Positions 30,626 through 32,000 of a stretch of DNA of 32,000 nucleotides are shown piece after piece. Under the pieces are notes generated by a model. The model saw only the letters and a program-made list of their open reading frames with translations. It had not been told where the DNA came from and searched no databases. Positions within the stretch are counted from its first letter, which is position 1. Every line of letters begins with the position of its first letter. Source of the DNA: Pseudomonas aeruginosa (GTDB lineage Bacteria; Pseudomonadota; Gammaproteobacteria; Pseudomonadales; Pseudomonadaceae); NCBI RefSeq assembly GCF_001457615.1, contig NZ_LN831024.1, positions 390,001-422,000 of the forward strand. Direction: 5' to 3'. Made by a program: the position numbers and the translations under genes.

Positions 30626-31041
30626 TCGTCCGGGAAGATTTCCTTGTTGAAACTGAAGGTTTGCGCAGGTTCGCCCTTGGCCTCGACCTTGATGGTGAAG
30701 ACCAGGGTCTCGCGCTGGCTGATCGGGAATTGCGCCAGGTTGTAGATGGCGCCTTCCTCGCTGACTCGGCGGAACTCCAGGGGGATGACCTTGCCGGTCA
30801 GGTCCTTGGCCGAGCCGGTCACGGCGGCCTCTACCGGCTTGCCTTTCTCCATCGGCACCACGTTGATCACGCCCTGCGCCTTGCTGCGTACCAGGCCGAC
30901 CGCGCTGGCCACGTTGGGCTGGAGGAAGCTGGAGTTGAACACGTTGTAGTGGACGTCCAGGTCGCCGAAGCGCTGCACCTGCTCGGCGAGGACCGGCAGG
31001 CTCAGGCAGAGGCCGAGGACGAAAGCGGTGAAGCGGCGCAT
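30622..31041 (-). CDS. DUF4426-like exported protein (139 aa)
   Basis: Signal peptide [19 protein letters not shown]. The family call is from memory of FGD..VHYN.F.S.F. Sits between metW and rdgB. Confidence 0.72.
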   Translation of the reverse strand: MRRFTAFVLGLCLSLPVLAEQVQRFGDLDVHYNVFNSSFLQPNVASAVGLVRSKAQGVINVVPMEKGKPVEAAVTGSAKDLTGKVIPLEFRRVSEEGAIYNLAQFPISQRETLVFTIKVEAKGEPAQTFSFNKEIFPDE

Positions 31042-31172
31042 GGTGGTTTCTCCTGAAAGGTGGCATGGACGTTGTCCATGGTCTGCTGCCGGCGGCCTTG
31101 GCCGGCTTCGGCAGCGCTCTCCCGAGGACGAGCGGAGGGGCGCCCGGCCCTGGCCCGCAGCCTGGCGCGTTC

Positions 31173-31793
31173 CTAGACGGCGAGGTTGCGGGTCTGCACT
31201 CCGGGTCCGGTGACCCGGTAGATTCCAATCTCACCCAATAGATTAGGCCACAGCCGGCTGGCCCAGCCATGCCGGTGGTCACGGTCCACGGCCAGGCGGT
31301 CGAGCACGCGCATGCGCAACTGGCGGCACAGGCGCTCGAAGTCCTGGAAGGTGCAGAAATGGATGTTCGGCGTGTTGTACCAGGTATACGGCAGGAACTC
31401 GGAGACCGGCATCCGGCCGTTGCGCGCCAGGTACCAGCGGCAGCGCCAGTGGCCGAAGTTGGGGAAAGTGATGATGCAGGTCTTGCCGACCCGCAGCATC
31501 TCTTCGAGGATCTTGTCCGGATAGTGCACGGCCTGTAGCGCCTGGGTCATCACCACCACGTCGAAGCTGTCGCTGGCGAAGTTGCCCAGGCCCTTGTCGA
31601 GGTCCTGCTCGATCACGTTCACCCCGTTTTCGATGCAACGGGCGATGTTGTCGGGATCGATCTCCAGGCCGTAGCCGCTGACCTGCTTGTGGTCGCGCAG
31701 CCAGGCCAGGAGTTCGCCGTCGCCGCAGCCGAGGTCGAGGACGCGGCTGCCGGCGGGAATCCATTCCTGGATGATTTCGAGATCGGCGCGCAT
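31173..31793 (-). CDS. metW: Methionine biosynthesis protein MetW (methyltransferase fold)
   Basis: 206 aa, [29 protein letters not shown]... Lies 7 nt downstream of the metX stop. Confidence 0.93.
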   Translation of the reverse strand: MRADLEIIQEWIPAGSRVLDLGCGDGELLAWLRDHKQVSGYGLEIDPDNIARCIENGVNVIEQDLDKGLGNFASDSFDVVVMTQALQAVHYPDKILEEMLRVGKTCIITFPNFGHWRCRWYLARNGRMPVSEFLPYTWYNTPNIHFCTFQDFERLCRQLRMRVLDRLAVDRDHRHGWASRLWPNLLGEIGIYRVTGPGVQTRNLAV

Positions 31794-31800
31794 CGGATCC

Positions 31801-32000
31801 TCACACGCTGATGCGGTTCATGTAACCGCTGAAGGCTTGCAGGTACCGGGGGATCGGCATGAGGAAGGCGTCGTGGCCTTGCGGGGCGTCGATCTCCAGG
31901 TAGCTGACGTTCTTTTTCGCCGCGATCAGGGCGTCGACGATTTCCCGCGAGCGGGCCGGCGAGAAACGCCAGTCGGTGGTGAAGGACATCAGGCAGAAGC
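31801..32000 (-). CDS. metX: Homoserine O-acyltransferase MetX, C-terminal end only (gene continues beyond the right edge)
   Basis: The frame is open to position 32000. The C-terminal ...[44 protein letters not shown]... carries the catalytic His region of MetX. metX-metW order is as expected. Confidence 0.9.
   Translation of the reverse strand, partial: FCLMSFTTDWRFSPARSREIVDALIAAKKNVSYLEIDAPQGHDAFLMPIPRYLQAFSGYMNRISV

Overview
Very GC-rich gammaproteobacterial chromosome. Protein sequences and gene order match what I recall of the Pseudomonas aeruginosa core genome around PA0354-PA0390: rlmI-like, pfpI, mutM, fdx1, coaD, laoABC/laoR, rsmD, ftsYEX, rpoH, mtgA, thiSG, trmB, hemW, rdgB, metW, metX. 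I call 38 protein-coding genes, two of them truncated by the window edges. I also call a few intrinsic-terminator-like hairpins, several promoter/operator candidates and one in-frame hexanucleotide microsatellite. I see no rRNA, tRNA, CRISPR array, IS/transposase, integrase, phage genes or recognisable defence or toxin-antitoxin modules. Apart from one gene with relaxed third-position GC, composition looks native. The many long ORFs antisense to real genes in the six-frame track are GC-driven shadow ORFs. The track also uses GTG/TTG starts, so several listed starts are too far upstream; I re-derived those starts by hand. Bottom line: this is mostly housekeeping DNA and I cannot demonstrate a new multi-gene system here. 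The best leads are: (1) a near-consensus promoter for the lao long-chain alcohol oxidation operon whose spacer is filled by a perfect AT-rich palindrome, a candidate LaoR operator; (2) a nearly gapless six-gene minus-strand cluster (active plus degenerate M16 peptidase pair, rsmD, a SUKH/SMI1-like protein, a YheT hydrolase, a GNAT) with no assigned function as a unit; (3) the 8.3-15.1 kb block, which looks like an insertion into an ancestral rsmD-coaD pair; (4) a (GAGCCC)5 repeat inside ftsY; (5) three convergent gene pairs with 12, 4 or -16 nt between stop codons; (6) several uncharacterised small or exported proteins sitting inside housekeeping operons.
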